Assembly (NCBI GenBank): GCA_964453565.1 | Contig: CAYVPB010000008.1 | Location: 614 to 64,613 of the forward strand | Length of the DNA stretch: 64,000 bases | Origin: an uncultured Halomonas sp. | Lineage (GTDB): Bacteria; Pseudomonadota; Gammaproteobacteria; Xanthomonadales; Wenzhouxiangellaceae | Reading direction: 5' to 3' | In this document: piece after piece, positions 29,608 through 39,597 of the stretch | How positions within the stretch are numbered: position 1 is the first letter of the stretch | How the letters are laid out: each line of letters opens with the position of its first letter | Notes under the pieces: generated by a model | Database searches by the model: none | Seen by the model: only the letters and a program-made list of their open reading frames with translations | Told to the model about the DNA's origin: nothing | Translations under genes and position numbers: made by a program

Positions 29608-30888
29608 ATGTCTTCATTCTGGTTCCAAGTGTACCGCCTGGCCGTCTTGGCGCTGGCGCCCCTGGCCCTGCGACGGCTGGCGACTCCGGTCGGGCGCCGG
29701 GGCGAGCGACGCGGTCATGTGCCAGAACGTTCCGGCGAGCTGTGGTTGCATGCCGCGTCGGTAGGTGAGTTCAATGCCGCGGTCGGGCTGATCGAGAGAC
29801 TGCTGAAAATCCGGCCCGGGCTGCATATCGTGGTGAGCACAATCACGCAGACTGCCGCCGAAGAGGTTCAGCGCCGTTTTGTTAGTCAAGCCGGCAATGG
29901 GGCCGGTTCCAGGCTGCGGCATGTATTCGCCCCGCTGGATACGCCGCGCGCGGTGCACCGCTGGCTCACGCGAACGGCACCGGTCGCGCTGGTGCTGGTG
30001 GAGACCGAACTGTGGCCGGAAATGCTCACTCAATGCAAGCTGCGCGATATTCCGGTGGCCATGGTCAACGCCCGGCTGTCCGATCGGGCATTGAAGCGCT
30101 ACATGCGTTTAGGTGGTCTGTTCCGCGATCTGGTGAGCGAAATTGATCTGGTGCTGGCCCAGGACGATGTCGCCCGGAAAAATTTCAAACGACTGTGCGT
30201 ACCAGACGAGCGGCTATTTGTCACCGGCAACCTGAAACACGAGCCGGCCCGTCTTCCCGAGGTTAGTCCAGAGGTATGCAACTGGCAGCGGTTGTGGGAG
30301 GGGCGCCCTGCCTGGCTGGCCGGTAGCACCCATGCAGGCGAGGAGACATTGCTGGCCCGGGCGCAGTTGCGGATACTCGAGCAGCATCCGGATGCCCTGC
30401 TGGTGGTTGTGCCCCGGCATCCAGAACGTGCCTCCCGAGCCATGCAGGCGCTGATCGCCGGGGGTGTCAATGCCTGCGATATCGAGCATTGGACCGAAAA
30501 TTCCGAAGCATCTGCCGTGGTCATCGGCCGAATGGGGGTGCTGGGCATGCTGTATCGCTGCATACCGGTCTGCCTGGTCGGCGGCAGTCTGGTGCCGGGT
30601 ATCGGCGGCCACAATCTGATCGAGCCGGCACTGGCCTCACGCCCTGTGCTGGTCGGGGCATGGGTCGATGCGCAACGTGAAAGCGCCGAAGGACTGGAAA
30701 GGGCCGGTGCACTATTCCGGGTTGCCGACGCCGCCTCCCTGTCCGACGCGGTTCGGGCATGGATGACAGAGCCGGCAGACGCCGTCGAAGCCGGTAAACG
30801 AGCCCAGGCCTGGGCCCAGTCTCGCAAAGGATCGCTGGCAGCATCGCTGGAAAGGATGCTGCCCTGGCTCAATCATCAGGGACTCTGA
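29608..30888 (+). CDS. waaA: 3-deoxy-D-manno-octulosonic acid (Kdo) transferase
   Basis: ATG at 29608 (MSSFWFQVYRL). ELWLHAASVGEFNAAVGLIERL, VVVPRHPER and GGSLVPGIGGHNLIEPA are typical of KdtA. Confidence 0.9.
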   Translation: MSSFWFQVYRLAVLALAPLALRRLATPVGRRGERRGHVPERSGELWLHAASVGEFNAAVGLIERLLKIRPGLHIVVSTITQTAAEEVQRRFVSQAGNGAGSRLRHVFAPLDTPRAVHRWLTRTAPVALVLVETELWPEMLTQCKLRDIPVAMVNARLSDRALKRYMRLGGLFRDLVSEIDLVLAQDDVARKNFKRLCVPDERLFVTGNLKHEPARLPEVSPEVCNWQRLWEGRPAWLAGSTHAGEETLLARAQLRILEQHPDALLVVVPRHPERASRAMQALIAGGVNACDIEHWTENSEASAVVIGRMGVLGMLYRCIPVCLVGGSLVPGIGGHNLIEPALASRPVLVGAWVDAQRESAEGLERAGALFRVADAASLSDAVRAWMTEPADAVEAGKRAQAWAQSRKGSLAASLERMLPWLNHQGL

Positions 30889-30904
30889 TCAACCGCGCAG
30901 CGGT

Positions 30905-32266
30905 TCAGCCGCGTTCTTCGCCCGAAAGAAGCCGGTTGGCGGCTTCCAGATCTTCCGGGGCCAGGGTACCGGCGGCGCGGCGCAGGGTCAGGTTATCGAC
31001 GATGAACTGGTGGCGGGCACGCGAATGGTCGCGCTGGGCCTGGAAGAAGCGCTGTTCGGCCAGCAACACGTCGACGATGGTGCGGGTGCCGACTTCGAAT
31101 CCGGCATTGGTCGCCTCCAGCGCGCTCTCGGCCGAAATCAGCGCCTGCTCCAGCGCTTCCACCTGGCGGATGCCGGCCATGATGGCGCGATAGGCATTCT
31201 CGGTCCGGCGCACCACCTGGCGCTGGTTGAAGTCCAGTTCCTGGGTGGCAACCCGGCGGTTGGCACGCGCCTGGCGCGATTGCGACTGAACTGCCAGTCC
31301 CGAGAAAATCGGCACATTGAGTTGTAGCTGAACCTGCCAGGTATCGACTTCGCTGGTAGTCAATGTCTGAAATTGTTCGCCCACAGTCAGGGTTTGCCTG
31401 TTGTTGACGTTTCTGTTCAGGGAGCCAGTCAAATCGAGTGTGGGCAGATGGCCGGAGCGGGCGATGCGCACGTCGGCATCGGCGACTTCCACCGACTGAC
31501 GCGCGGCCAGCAGCTCGGGATTGCTGTCCAGCGCCTGACGTACCCAATCCTGTGGATCGGCCGGACTGGGCGGGTTCAAAGGAAGCTCCTGCTCCAGCGG
31601 GCGGAAGGCCTCGAACATTGTGCCGGTCAGCTCGCGCAGTGCCTCACGCGCGTCTTCCAGCGCATTGTCAGCCACGATCACACGCGCCCGCGCTCCATCC
31701 CAGGCCGCCTGGGCTTCAAGAAAATCGGTGACCGCCGACAGGCCAACCTCGAAACGCTGTTCGGCCTGTTCAAACTGGCGGCGTAGCGCGGTCTCCTCGG
31801 CTTGGGCAAAGCGCAGGGAATCGATCGCAGTGAGCATTTCGAAATAGCGCTGTGCCGTGCGCAGAAGAAAATCCTGCCAGGCGACATCAAACTGTGCGTT
31901 GGCTCGCGCAATGGTTGCTCTCGCTCGATTCATCCGCCCGAAATTGGCATCGTCGTAGATACTTTGATTGATTCGGACGCCGTAGTTTTCTGTGTCGATT
32001 CTTCGGTCGGGCTGTGGCGGCAATCCCGCGATGTCCACGCGCGTATTCCCCCGACTCAGAGTGCCACTGCCGGATATGGTCGGTAGCAGGCTTGCCCGGG
32101 CGATCGCGCGTTCGAATTCGCTCGCCTCCAGCCGTTGCTCGGCGGCCTTGAATTCGGCATCGTTGCGCGAGGCCATTTCGAACACGCCCATCAGATCGAC
32201 GGCGACGGCGGGGGGCGATAGCAACGCCAGTGCCAGGGCAAGGCCAGTCGGGAATTTATTGATCAT
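30905..32266 (-). CDS. tolC: outer-membrane channel protein TolC
   Basis: ATG at 32266 (MINKFPTGLALALALLSPPAVA). There are two OEP repeats with coiled-coil segments. The context (pcm-like gene, waaA) is as in other gammaproteobacteria. Confidence 0.88.
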   Translation of the reverse strand: MINKFPTGLALALALLSPPAVAVDLMGVFEMASRNDAEFKAAEQRLEASEFERAIARASLLPTISGSGTLSRGNTRVDIAGLPPQPDRRIDTENYGVRINQSIYDDANFGRMNRARATIARANAQFDVAWQDFLLRTAQRYFEMLTAIDSLRFAQAEETALRRQFEQAEQRFEVGLSAVTDFLEAQAAWDGARARVIVADNALEDAREALRELTGTMFEAFRPLEQELPLNPPSPADPQDWVRQALDSNPELLAARQSVEVADADVRIARSGHLPTLDLTGSLNRNVNNRQTLTVGEQFQTLTTSEVDTWQVQLQLNVPIFSGLAVQSQSRQARANRRVATQELDFNQRQVVRRTENAYRAIMAGIRQVEALEQALISAESALEATNAGFEVGTRTIVDVLLAEQRFFQAQRDHSRARHQFIVDNLTLRRAAGTLAPEDLEAANRLLSGEERG

Positions 32267-32398
32267 TTGATTACTCCGTTGTACCGAAATACTTGCCCGG
32301 CAGAGGCGTGAGGCCATGACTGGCCGAAGGATACGGCGAAAAAAATATTAAAATGCCACGTGGCCGCGATTGGACCGTGAAGCGCTGCCGACATAGAT

Positions 32399-33052
32399 TC
32401 AAAACTCGAACTTCGGCGCTTCTTCAGTACCCAACAGTCTCGGCAGATCGGTATCGAAAAGGCTCTCTTCGGAGAGTTTGCCAGATTCGCTTCGCCGGAT
32501 CAGCAATGCCTCCATGGCGGGCGAATGGCCGCGCACGATGAACAACCGGCCGCCGGGCCTGAGCCACCGGGTCAGGTTTTCCGGCACCGCGGACACCGAG
32601 GCGGTGACCATGATGGCGTCGTACGAGGCATCCCGGAACGGCTGGGCAAAGACGTCCCCCGACAGCAGTTCAATGTTTTCACGATCGACCTGCCCCAGGT
32701 TGTCACGAGCGGTTGCCGCCAGTTCCTCAATCCGCTCCAGGCTGGTGACCTTGCCGGCCAGTTGAGCCAGACAGGCGGTCAGATATCCTGAACCCGTGCC
32801 GATTTCGAGGACGTGTTCAGAGCCGGTCAGGGCCAGACTCTGCAGGGCCCGACCCTGTTCGATGGGCTTCATCATGATCTGGTCGTGCCCCAGCGGAATA
32901 CGCAGATCGGAAAATGCCAGCTTGCGATGCCGGGCGGGGACGAAATTTTCGCGCGGTACGCTTTCCAGCACATCCAGCACCAAGTTGTCGAGCACTTCCC
33001 AGGTTCGCACCTGCTGTTTGATCATGTTGCTGCGTGCCTGATCCAGATTCAC
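32399..33052 (-). CDS. protein-L-isoaspartate O-methyltransferase-family protein
   Basis: SAM motif I HVLEIGTGSGYLTACLA, post-I LERIEEL, and motif II/III YDAIMVTASV ... GGRLFIV. Confidence 0.85.
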   Translation of the reverse strand: MNLDQARSNMIKQQVRTWEVLDNLVLDVLESVPRENFVPARHRKLAFSDLRIPLGHDQIMMKPIEQGRALQSLALTGSEHVLEIGTGSGYLTACLAQLAGKVTSLERIEELAATARDNLGQVDRENIELLSGDVFAQPFRDASYDAIMVTASVSAVPENLTRWLRPGGRLFIVRGHSPAMEALLIRRSESGKLSEESLFDTDLPRLLGTEEAPKFEF

Positions 33053-33406
33053 CGCATTACTCCACGCATTGGGCCAAAGTTTTTGTTAGTTTGAATTGTA
33101 CCGCCGCGACAGACACAGTGAACGTGCCAGTCGTCATGTCATCAGGGTCTGCTACCATTTCATAAAATGTATCCACGGCAACCGGTATCCGGCTGTATCG
33201 TGTGCCCGCGCCGATAGACATTTTTTACCCGGCCCGCCACTGGCCGCGACCGGGATTGCGGAAATTTTGCTTCCGGCTCAATGGCAGTTCAACCGCAGTA
33301 TCGCCGAACGACGCCACGCACGTTGCCTGTGCACTGTCAGGTTCGCCATTTTCCAGAGTTCAAGAATTGTTGATGAAACCGCAATGAAATATCAAGGTTC
33401 CCGGTC

Positions 33407-33931
33407 ATGAAAGATGCGGAACGCAAAAGGCGCTTTGATGCGCTGGCTCGGCAGTATGCTGATGATCTGTTTCGCTTTGGTGTCTGGTTGTGCGGCGACC
33501 ACGCGCTTGCCAGCGATCTGGTGCAGGAGACGTTCCTGCGTGCCTGGAAGGCGCTGGACAGCCTCAAAGATGCAAAGGCGGCCAAAAGCTGGCTGATTAC
33601 CATTCTCAGACGTGAATATGCCCGCACCTTCGAGCGCAAGGTGCCGCCAATCACCGACATTGATAACGTCGTGGTCGCCGAGGAATCGGAATTGACCCCG
33701 GAAGACCGGACCGAGCGCGATCTGCTGCGCGAGGCCATGCTGGAACTGGAAGAAAAATATCGCGAACCGTTGATTCTCCAGACTGTGATGGGTTTGTCGA
33801 TTGCCGAGATTGCCGGCCAGCTTGAATTGACCGAAAGCGCGGTGATGACCCGGGTGTTTCGCGCACGCGAAAAACTGAAGGAAAAGGTGCAGCCATCGGG
33901 ACGCAAAGGAAACGTGCATGAACTTACTTGA
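33407..33931 (+). CDS. ECF-type RNA polymerase sigma factor
   Basis: Region 2 (LVQETFLRAW) and region 4 HTH (REPLILQTVMGLSIAEIAGQLELTESAVMTRVFRAREKL). Length 174 aa. Confidence 0.9.
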   Translation: MKDAERKRRFDALARQYADDLFRFGVWLCGDHALASDLVQETFLRAWKALDSLKDAKAAKSWLITILRREYARTFERKVPPITDIDNVVVAEESELTPEDRTERDLLREAMLELEEKYREPLILQTVMGLSIAEIAGQLELTESAVMTRVFRAREKLKEKVQPSGRKGNVHELT

Positions 33932-34655
33932 ATTCAAAAGACAGTTGATGATCGCGCCGCGCGAGCGGGCCGCGGACATGCGCCAGGCGCGTGCCCAGGG
34001 CGGGGGATTTGCGCTTGCAGCGGCCGAGTCCGACCACTTCGAGGCATTGCTCGAAGGCGCCTTCAACGTGCCCGTGCCGAAGGGCCTGGCCGATTCGATC
34101 ATTCTCGAGCAGTCCCTGAGCGAACCGCCAGGCTGGAAGCGCTGGCCGCAGCTCAGCGCGGTTGCCGCATCAATGGCCCTGGCCGTGGCGCTGGTCACGT
34201 TTCTTATGGTCGGTGACCCGGGCTCGGATCACCTTGATATCAGGGCCTATCTGACCGGACATTGGGAGCATGATGGCCCGCAGGTCATGGCCGTGGCCGA
34301 TAGCCAGCCTTCCAGCATGGAACGGATCGAATACGTATTTGCCGAGCTCGGCGTGCAGATCAGCCCGGAGTTGATGGACCAGATCCGGGTGAGCAAATTC
34401 TGCCCGACGCCAGATGGCGCCGGGGCGCATGTGGTTCTGGCAACCGAGCAGGGCCCGGTGACCATGTACTACATGCCCAGGACGCATATTCCCGGGGCGC
34501 CGACCAGTTTCCCGCTGGATGGTGGCATGGAGTCCACCGTGGTCAATCTCGAGCGCGGCAGCCTGGCGTTGGTGGCTCAGTCCGGAATCAAGACCCCGGA
34601 ACTTGTGCGCGAAATCTCGCGCCAGCTTTCCTTCGTCCCCGGTTCGACCATCTGA
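33918..34655 (+). CDS. DUF3379-like anti-sigma factor (membrane protein)
   Basis: Overlaps the sigma gene by 14 nt. N-terminal MNLLEFKRQLMIAPRER..., PVPKGLADSIIL and one central TM helix (AVAASMALAVALVTFLMV) resemble DUF3379 partners of ECF sigmas. Confidence 0.7.
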   Translation: MNLLEFKRQLMIAPRERAADMRQARAQGGGFALAAAESDHFEALLEGAFNVPVPKGLADSIILEQSLSEPPGWKRWPQLSAVAASMALAVALVTFLMVGDPGSDHLDIRAYLTGHWEHDGPQVMAVADSQPSSMERIEYVFAELGVQISPELMDQIRVSKFCPTPDGAGAHVVLATEQGPVTMYYMPRTHIPGAPTSFPLDGGMESTVVNLERGSLALVAQSGIKTPELVREISRQLSFVPGSTI

Positions 34656-34698
34656 CCCGGGGGTAGCCTTCAGATCAATTCATGGTTGATCGATTCAG

Positions 34699-34721
34699 GG
34701 CCCGCCTGAGCGGGCCTTCTT
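34699..34721 (+). terminator. terminator after the sigma/anti-sigma pair
   Basis: GGCCCGC-CTGA-GCGGGCC followed by TTCTT, 44 nt after the stop. Confidence 0.65.
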
Positions 34722-35041
34722 AGTCGAACAAAAATTTCCTGATTAGGTAGGAGTCTCAGCCAAAGAACGCGGTCTCTGATTGGAGCTGTTTTTATGATTG
34801 AGACCGCAAATGAACGCAAATTTCTGGTGAGCTGGGAGAGCGATCTGATTGACCCTGGTCGCTCTGTTTTCCGCCAACAACCTCGATCCGATTCGGGGTT
34901 CAGGGATTTATTTGCGTTTATTCACGTTCATTTGCGCTTGGAAACAGTTTCCCCGGCCTCCCTGAACTGCCGGCGACCGCAGCCAGCGATTCCTGCTCTA
35001 CCATAGGGGCTGATGCCCCAAGTCTGACGGAGATCGCGGCC

Positions 35042-36391
35042 ATGCAAATATTTCGGATATTGCTGATGCTGGTGGCCGGCATGTTGATTGTCGGCAGCGC
35101 CGACGCGCAGCGCCTGACCCTGGATAACGCGCGTGTGGTCGATGTTGCCGCGGGGCAGGTGTTCGAACCGCGCACGCTCGAGATCCAGTCTGGCTGGATT
35201 GTCGATCCGGGCAGTTCCGAGACTCAATCCGGCCGGCGCATCGATTTGCAAGGTGCATTCGTGATGCCGGGACTGGCTGAAATGCATGCACATGTCCCGC
35301 CCATGAATGAGCCGCAACGGGTCCAAGATGTGCTCGATCTGTTCCTGGCCCACGGAATCACGACCATTCGCGGCATGCTGGGGGAGCCGGGACACCTGAC
35401 CTTGCGCCGCGAACTGGCGCTGGGCCAGCGCCGCGGACCGCGCCTGATGACCTCCGGCCCTTCCCTGAACGGCAACTCGGTTGCCGATGCGGCGCGCGCC
35501 CGGCACATGGTGCGCGCGCAGTTCGAAGCCGGCTATGACTTTCTGAAACTGCATCCCGGATTGCGGCCGGACACGTTCGCCGCCATCGTGCGTGCCGCAG
35601 ATTCGCTTGGCATGCCTTACGCTGGCCATGTGTCACTGGGGGTTGGCATTGAACGGGCGCTGGATGCTCACCAGGCGACGGTCGATCATCTGGACGGCTA
35701 TGCCGGAGTCCTGGTGCCGCAGGATCATCCGGCCCGTCAGCGCGAACCGGCACTGTTCGGCTTCAATCTGGGTGATGCGATGGAGACGGACCGGGTCACG
35801 GCCTGGGCTGAACGTACGGCCCGGGCCGGCGTCTGGAACGTTCCCACCCAGACCCTGATCGAAAACCTGGCGCTGGCCGATCCCGATGATTTGCTGAAGC
35901 GTGCGGCCATGCGTTTCGTCGATGCCGCGACCCGTGACCAGTGGGCGGCGCGCGTGCAACAGATGCGTCAATCACAATCGGCCGATGCGCTGGCGCGTTT
36001 TGTCGAGGTGCGGCGCCGGTTGATTCAGGCCCTGCATGAGGCCGGCGCCGGCCTGCTTCTGGGAGCTGATGCCCCGCAGATCATGAATGTTCCGGGGGAT
36101 GCGCTGCATCATGAGCTCGAGATTTATGTCGAGGCCGGATTGAGCCCGGCCGCGGCGCTGGCGACCGGCACAATAAATGTCGCCCGCTTCCTCGACCAGT
36201 CCGCGCATGGTTGTCTGGACCCCGGATGCGTGGCGGACCTGGTGGTGCTGGAAGCCGATCCCCTGGTCGATATTTCCAACATCCGCCGGATTCGCGCTGT
36301 GATGCGCGCAGGCGAATGGTACGGCCGCGATCGTCTCGATGCGATGCTGGACGGGATCGCCGAACGTGCAAATCCGGAAGCGCCGGATTGA
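35042..36391 (+). CDS. secreted amidohydrolase-family metallohydrolase
   Basis: Signal peptide MQIFRILLMLVAGMLIVGSADA and metal-binding MPGLAEMHAHV. The C-terminal DLVVLEADPLVDI is typical of the amidohydrolase superfamily. Confidence 0.8.
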   Translation: MQIFRILLMLVAGMLIVGSADAQRLTLDNARVVDVAAGQVFEPRTLEIQSGWIVDPGSSETQSGRRIDLQGAFVMPGLAEMHAHVPPMNEPQRVQDVLDLFLAHGITTIRGMLGEPGHLTLRRELALGQRRGPRLMTSGPSLNGNSVADAARARHMVRAQFEAGYDFLKLHPGLRPDTFAAIVRAADSLGMPYAGHVSLGVGIERALDAHQATVDHLDGYAGVLVPQDHPARQREPALFGFNLGDAMETDRVTAWAERTARAGVWNVPTQTLIENLALADPDDLLKRAAMRFVDAATRDQWAARVQQMRQSQSADALARFVEVRRRLIQALHEAGAGLLLGADAPQIMNVPGDALHHELEIYVEAGLSPAAALATGTINVARFLDQSAHGCLDPGCVADLVVLEADPLVDISNIRRIRAVMRAGEWYGRDRLDAMLDGIAERANPEAPD

Positions 36392-36397
36392 AAGGAA

Positions 36398-36970
36398 GTG
36401 GTCGAGATCAACCAGCGCCCGTTATCGTATGCTGATCGGCTGACGCCACGCGCGGTGTCGGGCATCCAGCGCGTGGTCATCCATGCCACTGAGCTGCCGG
36501 ATCTGGAAACGGCACGCGAATACGGCGAACGCATTCACTATCCGGAATCGGTGACCGGCAACAGCGGTCACTTCTATATCGACCGCGATGGCTCGGTTGA
36601 ACAATGGGTGCCGTTGGACCGGGTCGCCCATCATGTCGCCGATCACAATGGGGATTCGATCGGGATCGAACTGGTCAATCAGGGACGCTGGCCCGACTGG
36701 CACGACAGTCGCCGGCAGCACTGGCCGCAACCCTACAGCGAACGACAACTGACGGCTTTGATTGCCTTATTGCGGGAACTCAACCGGAGTTTGCCGGAGC
36801 TGAAATGCATGGTGGGTCACGATCAACTTGACAGGCGCATGGTTCCGGCCAGTGATAATCCGGCAGCATGGGTCCGACGCAAGACCGACCCCGGGCCGCG
36901 GTTCCCCTGGCAGCGGGTTGCCGAAGCCGTTGCGCTGAAATGCTCAAACGGGGAGGCAACTGATGAGTGA
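36398..36970 (+). CDS. N-acetylmuramoyl-L-alanine amidase (Amidase_2, AmpD-like)
   Basis: VVIHATELPD, SGHFYIDRDGSVEQWVPLDRVAHHV, SIGIELVNQG and GHDQLD...KTDPGPRFPW (Zn ligands H, H, D). Confidence 0.8.
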   Translation: MVEINQRPLSYADRLTPRAVSGIQRVVIHATELPDLETAREYGERIHYPESVTGNSGHFYIDRDGSVEQWVPLDRVAHHVADHNGDSIGIELVNQGRWPDWHDSRRQHWPQPYSERQLTALIALLRELNRSLPELKCMVGHDQLDRRMVPASDNPAAWVRRKTDPGPRFPWQRVAEAVALKCSNGEATDE

Positions 36971-38921
36971 AGTGCCGGATCGCGCATCGATGACATGGGT
37001 CGGCGTCGACACCGGCGGCACTTTCACGGATTTCGTGGTACTGAAAAATGATCGGTTGCGCACGGCCAAAGTGCTGTCCACCCCGGATGATCCGGCCCGC
37101 GCGATCGTTGAAGGATTGGGCCAGCTCGGGTTGACCGACAAGCCGGTGGAGCTGGTCCACGGCACCACTGTTGGCACCAATGCGGTCCTGGAAGATAAGG
37201 GTGCCCGGACAGTCCTGATCACCTCGAACGGATTTGCCGATCTGCTTTCGATTGCGCGTCAGAACCGCGACCACCTGTATCGGTTGGAACAGCCCGTCGT
37301 TGATGATCCGGTGCCCGGTGATTGTTGTCTCGGGGTCGAGGCCCGCGTGGACCGCGACGGGCAAGTGCTGGAACGGCCGGATCCCGAACAGCTCCGGGAC
37401 CTGCGCGACAGAATCCGCAAACTCCAGCCGGAGGCAGTGGCGGTCTGCCTGCTGTTTTCGTGGGTCAATCCCGAACTCGAACAGCAACTCGCCGGGAGCG
37501 TGCCGGACGACATTCCGGTTTCGCTTTCATCCGCGGTGCTGCCCGAAATTTGCGAATATGAGCGCGCCGTCGCGACTTGGCTTAATGCTTCGGTCGGGCC
37601 GAAACTGGCCGGCTATCTGGATCGCCTGGGCCAGGCGCTGGCGGTCGGTCGGCTGGCGGTCATGCAATCCAGTGGATTAACGGTTTCGGCCGATCAGGCG
37701 GTGACCCGAGCGGTTCACCTGCTGCTTTCCGGTCCCGCTGGCGGTCTGGCCGCAGCCGCGCATGTCGGGCGTGAAATCGGCTGCGAGCGGCTGCTCAGTT
37801 TCGATATGGGCGGGACTTCCACCGACGTGGCTATGCTGCAAGGCAAGCCCACCTTGACGCGCGAAGGGCGAATCGGGCGTTATCCGGTTGCGGTGCCGAT
37901 GGTCGACATGCATACCATCGGCGCCGGCGGCGGGTCGATTGCGCGCGTCGACGCCGGCGGCCTGCTGCGAGTCGGACCGCAGTCGGCGGGAGCCGATCCG
38001 GGTCCGGCCTGTTATGGTCGCGGTGGCCGCGAAGTGACCGTCACCGATGCCAATCTCATTCTCGGTCGGCTGCCGGAAAAAACCCGCCTGGGTGGTGATC
38101 ACGCGCTGGATTTCGATGCCGCGGAAAGCGCGATGCGCGAGCTGGGCGAACAGGCCGACCTTTCCATGACCGAAGCCGCACACGCCGTGATCCGGATTGC
38201 AAACGAGCACATGAGCCGGGCGTTGCGGGTGATGTCGGCCGAGCGTGGCGTCGATCCGAAGTCGGCCATTTTGATGTGTTTCGGCGGCGCCGGTGGCTTG
38301 CATGTGTGCGAACTGGCCGAAAGTCTGGGCATGACCCGGGCCGTGGTTCCGGCCCGTTCGGGCGTGCTTTCCGCACTCGGCATGCTGGTGGCCGAATCAG
38401 GTCGTCAGGCCACTGCCAGCCTGCTCAAGACGGCTGATGCACTCGATGCACAGGAGCTTCAGTCGGCACTCGATCCTCTTGTTGCGCAGGCACGTGACGA
38501 ACTGATTGCTGAAGGTGTAGCGGCCGGCCAACTGAAGATTGTCAAACTGGTGGCCTGCCGTTACGCCGGTCAGAGCGCAACGCTGGAATTGCGCGTTCAG
38601 TCACCGGATCAACTGGCCGCCGCGTTTCACGAAGCGCATCAACAGGCCTGGGGACATCGCCTGGATCTGCCGGTGGAACTGGTTACTCTGCGCGTCGAGG
38701 CACGTGGACCGGCCCGACTGAAAAACGTTCCAGCGCTTGGCGAACATGTCGACAGCATTCCGCAAGGCGGCGACATCCCGGTTCACGCACGCGGCGCCCT
38801 GGCCGATCGTTCGGTCGCCGGGCCAGCGATTGTGATCGATCCGGACGCCACCACCTGGGTGGCGAAGAAGTGGCATGCCCGGCTGGATGAACACGGTCAC
38901 CTGCTGCTGAGGCGTTGCTGA
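36963..38921 (+). CDS. hydantoinase/oxoprolinase family protein (HyuA-type subunit)
   Basis: GVDTGGTFTDFVVL, HGTTVGTNAVLE and FDMGGTSTDV. Overlaps the upstream stop by 8 nt. No HyuB-type partner is present in the window. Confidence 0.85.
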   Translation: MSEVPDRASMTWVGVDTGGTFTDFVVLKNDRLRTAKVLSTPDDPARAIVEGLGQLGLTDKPVELVHGTTVGTNAVLEDKGARTVLITSNGFADLLSIARQNRDHLYRLEQPVVDDPVPGDCCLGVEARVDRDGQVLERPDPEQLRDLRDRIRKLQPEAVAVCLLFSWVNPELEQQLAGSVPDDIPVSLSSAVLPEICEYERAVATWLNASVGPKLAGYLDRLGQALAVGRLAVMQSSGLTVSADQAVTRAVHLLLSGPAGGLAAAAHVGREIGCERLLSFDMGGTSTDVAMLQGKPTLTREGRIGRYPVAVPMVDMHTIGAGGGSIARVDAGGLLRVGPQSAGADPGPACYGRGGREVTVTDANLILGRLPEKTRLGGDHALDFDAAESAMRELGEQADLSMTEAAHAVIRIANEHMSRALRVMSAERGVDPKSAILMCFGGAGGLHVCELAESLGMTRAVVPARSGVLSALGMLVAESGRQATASLLKTADALDAQELQSALDPLVAQARDELIAEGVAAGQLKIVKLVACRYAGQSATLELRVQSPDQLAAAFHEAHQQAWGHRLDLPVELVTLRVEARGPARLKNVPALGEHVDSIPQGGDIPVHARGALADRSVAGPAIVIDPDATTWVAKKWHARLDEHGHLLLRRC

Positions 38922-39102
38922 TTCATCAGTCACTTCCGGCGAGGTCCGAACAAATCCAATCCTAGATGCCGACGGAATTGACGTCCTCAGCGGGCCCAGA
39001 CCCGCAAGCGGTATCCGACCGCGGCCACATCAGGGGACCGGCCGCGTGTATAACCAACTGCTCCCGGCACGATTTGCAAAAAATGCAAATTACAATTTAT
39101 GC

Positions 39103-39300
39103 ATGCCGCGCCCCCGAAAATTCGAAGTGGTGCTACGCGAGCTGGCGAGCCAGTATGCGTCGCTGACCGTGACCGAGCCGCGGCAATCGGGGAAGACCAC
39201 GCTTTGCCGATCGGTGTGTCCCGATCACGGTTATGTCAACCTCGAGCCTGTGGACCAGCGTGAGTTCGCGTGCGAAGAACCGCGCGGCCTGAATGGGATG
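39103..39300 (+). pseudogene. 5' remnant of an AAA ATPase (DUF4143-type) gene
   Basis: Only ~65 aa look homologous (LTVTEPRQSGKTTLCRSV...YVNLEPVDQREFACEEPRG, that is Walker A plus the following segment). The rest of the 156-aa ORF is unrelated. The full-length family is about 400 aa. Confidence 0.55.
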
Positions 39301-39597
39301 TTGACTACGGACTGGAATATGCACGCCTCCCTCCGATGGATGAATTTGACATGGCGGTCGTTCTCTGACCGCGATCAATCCGGAAACAGTCGCCGACGGA
39401 TTCAGCTGCTACAGCGGGTCGCCCGGTCGTTGCGGTTTCGGATCGCGAATGAATTCAACTCTGATCACCGGTGGTCCGGGCCCTGCCATCTGGCCGTTCT
39501 TGGTTCTATGCGCTGAAACAGGGGTGCTTGATGTGGCTCAACTCACAACGCTTCAGAATCGTTGATCATGAAGTCGCCACTGAAGGAGCGAACACAT

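Noticed and set aside
34794-35006. A 70-aa ORF (MIETANERKFLVSWESDL...) in the AT-rich gap.
   Set aside because: It has no Shine-Dalgarno sequence, its codon usage is unlike neighbouring genes, and it is crossed by inverted repeats and a terminator-like hairpin. It is more likely non-coding.
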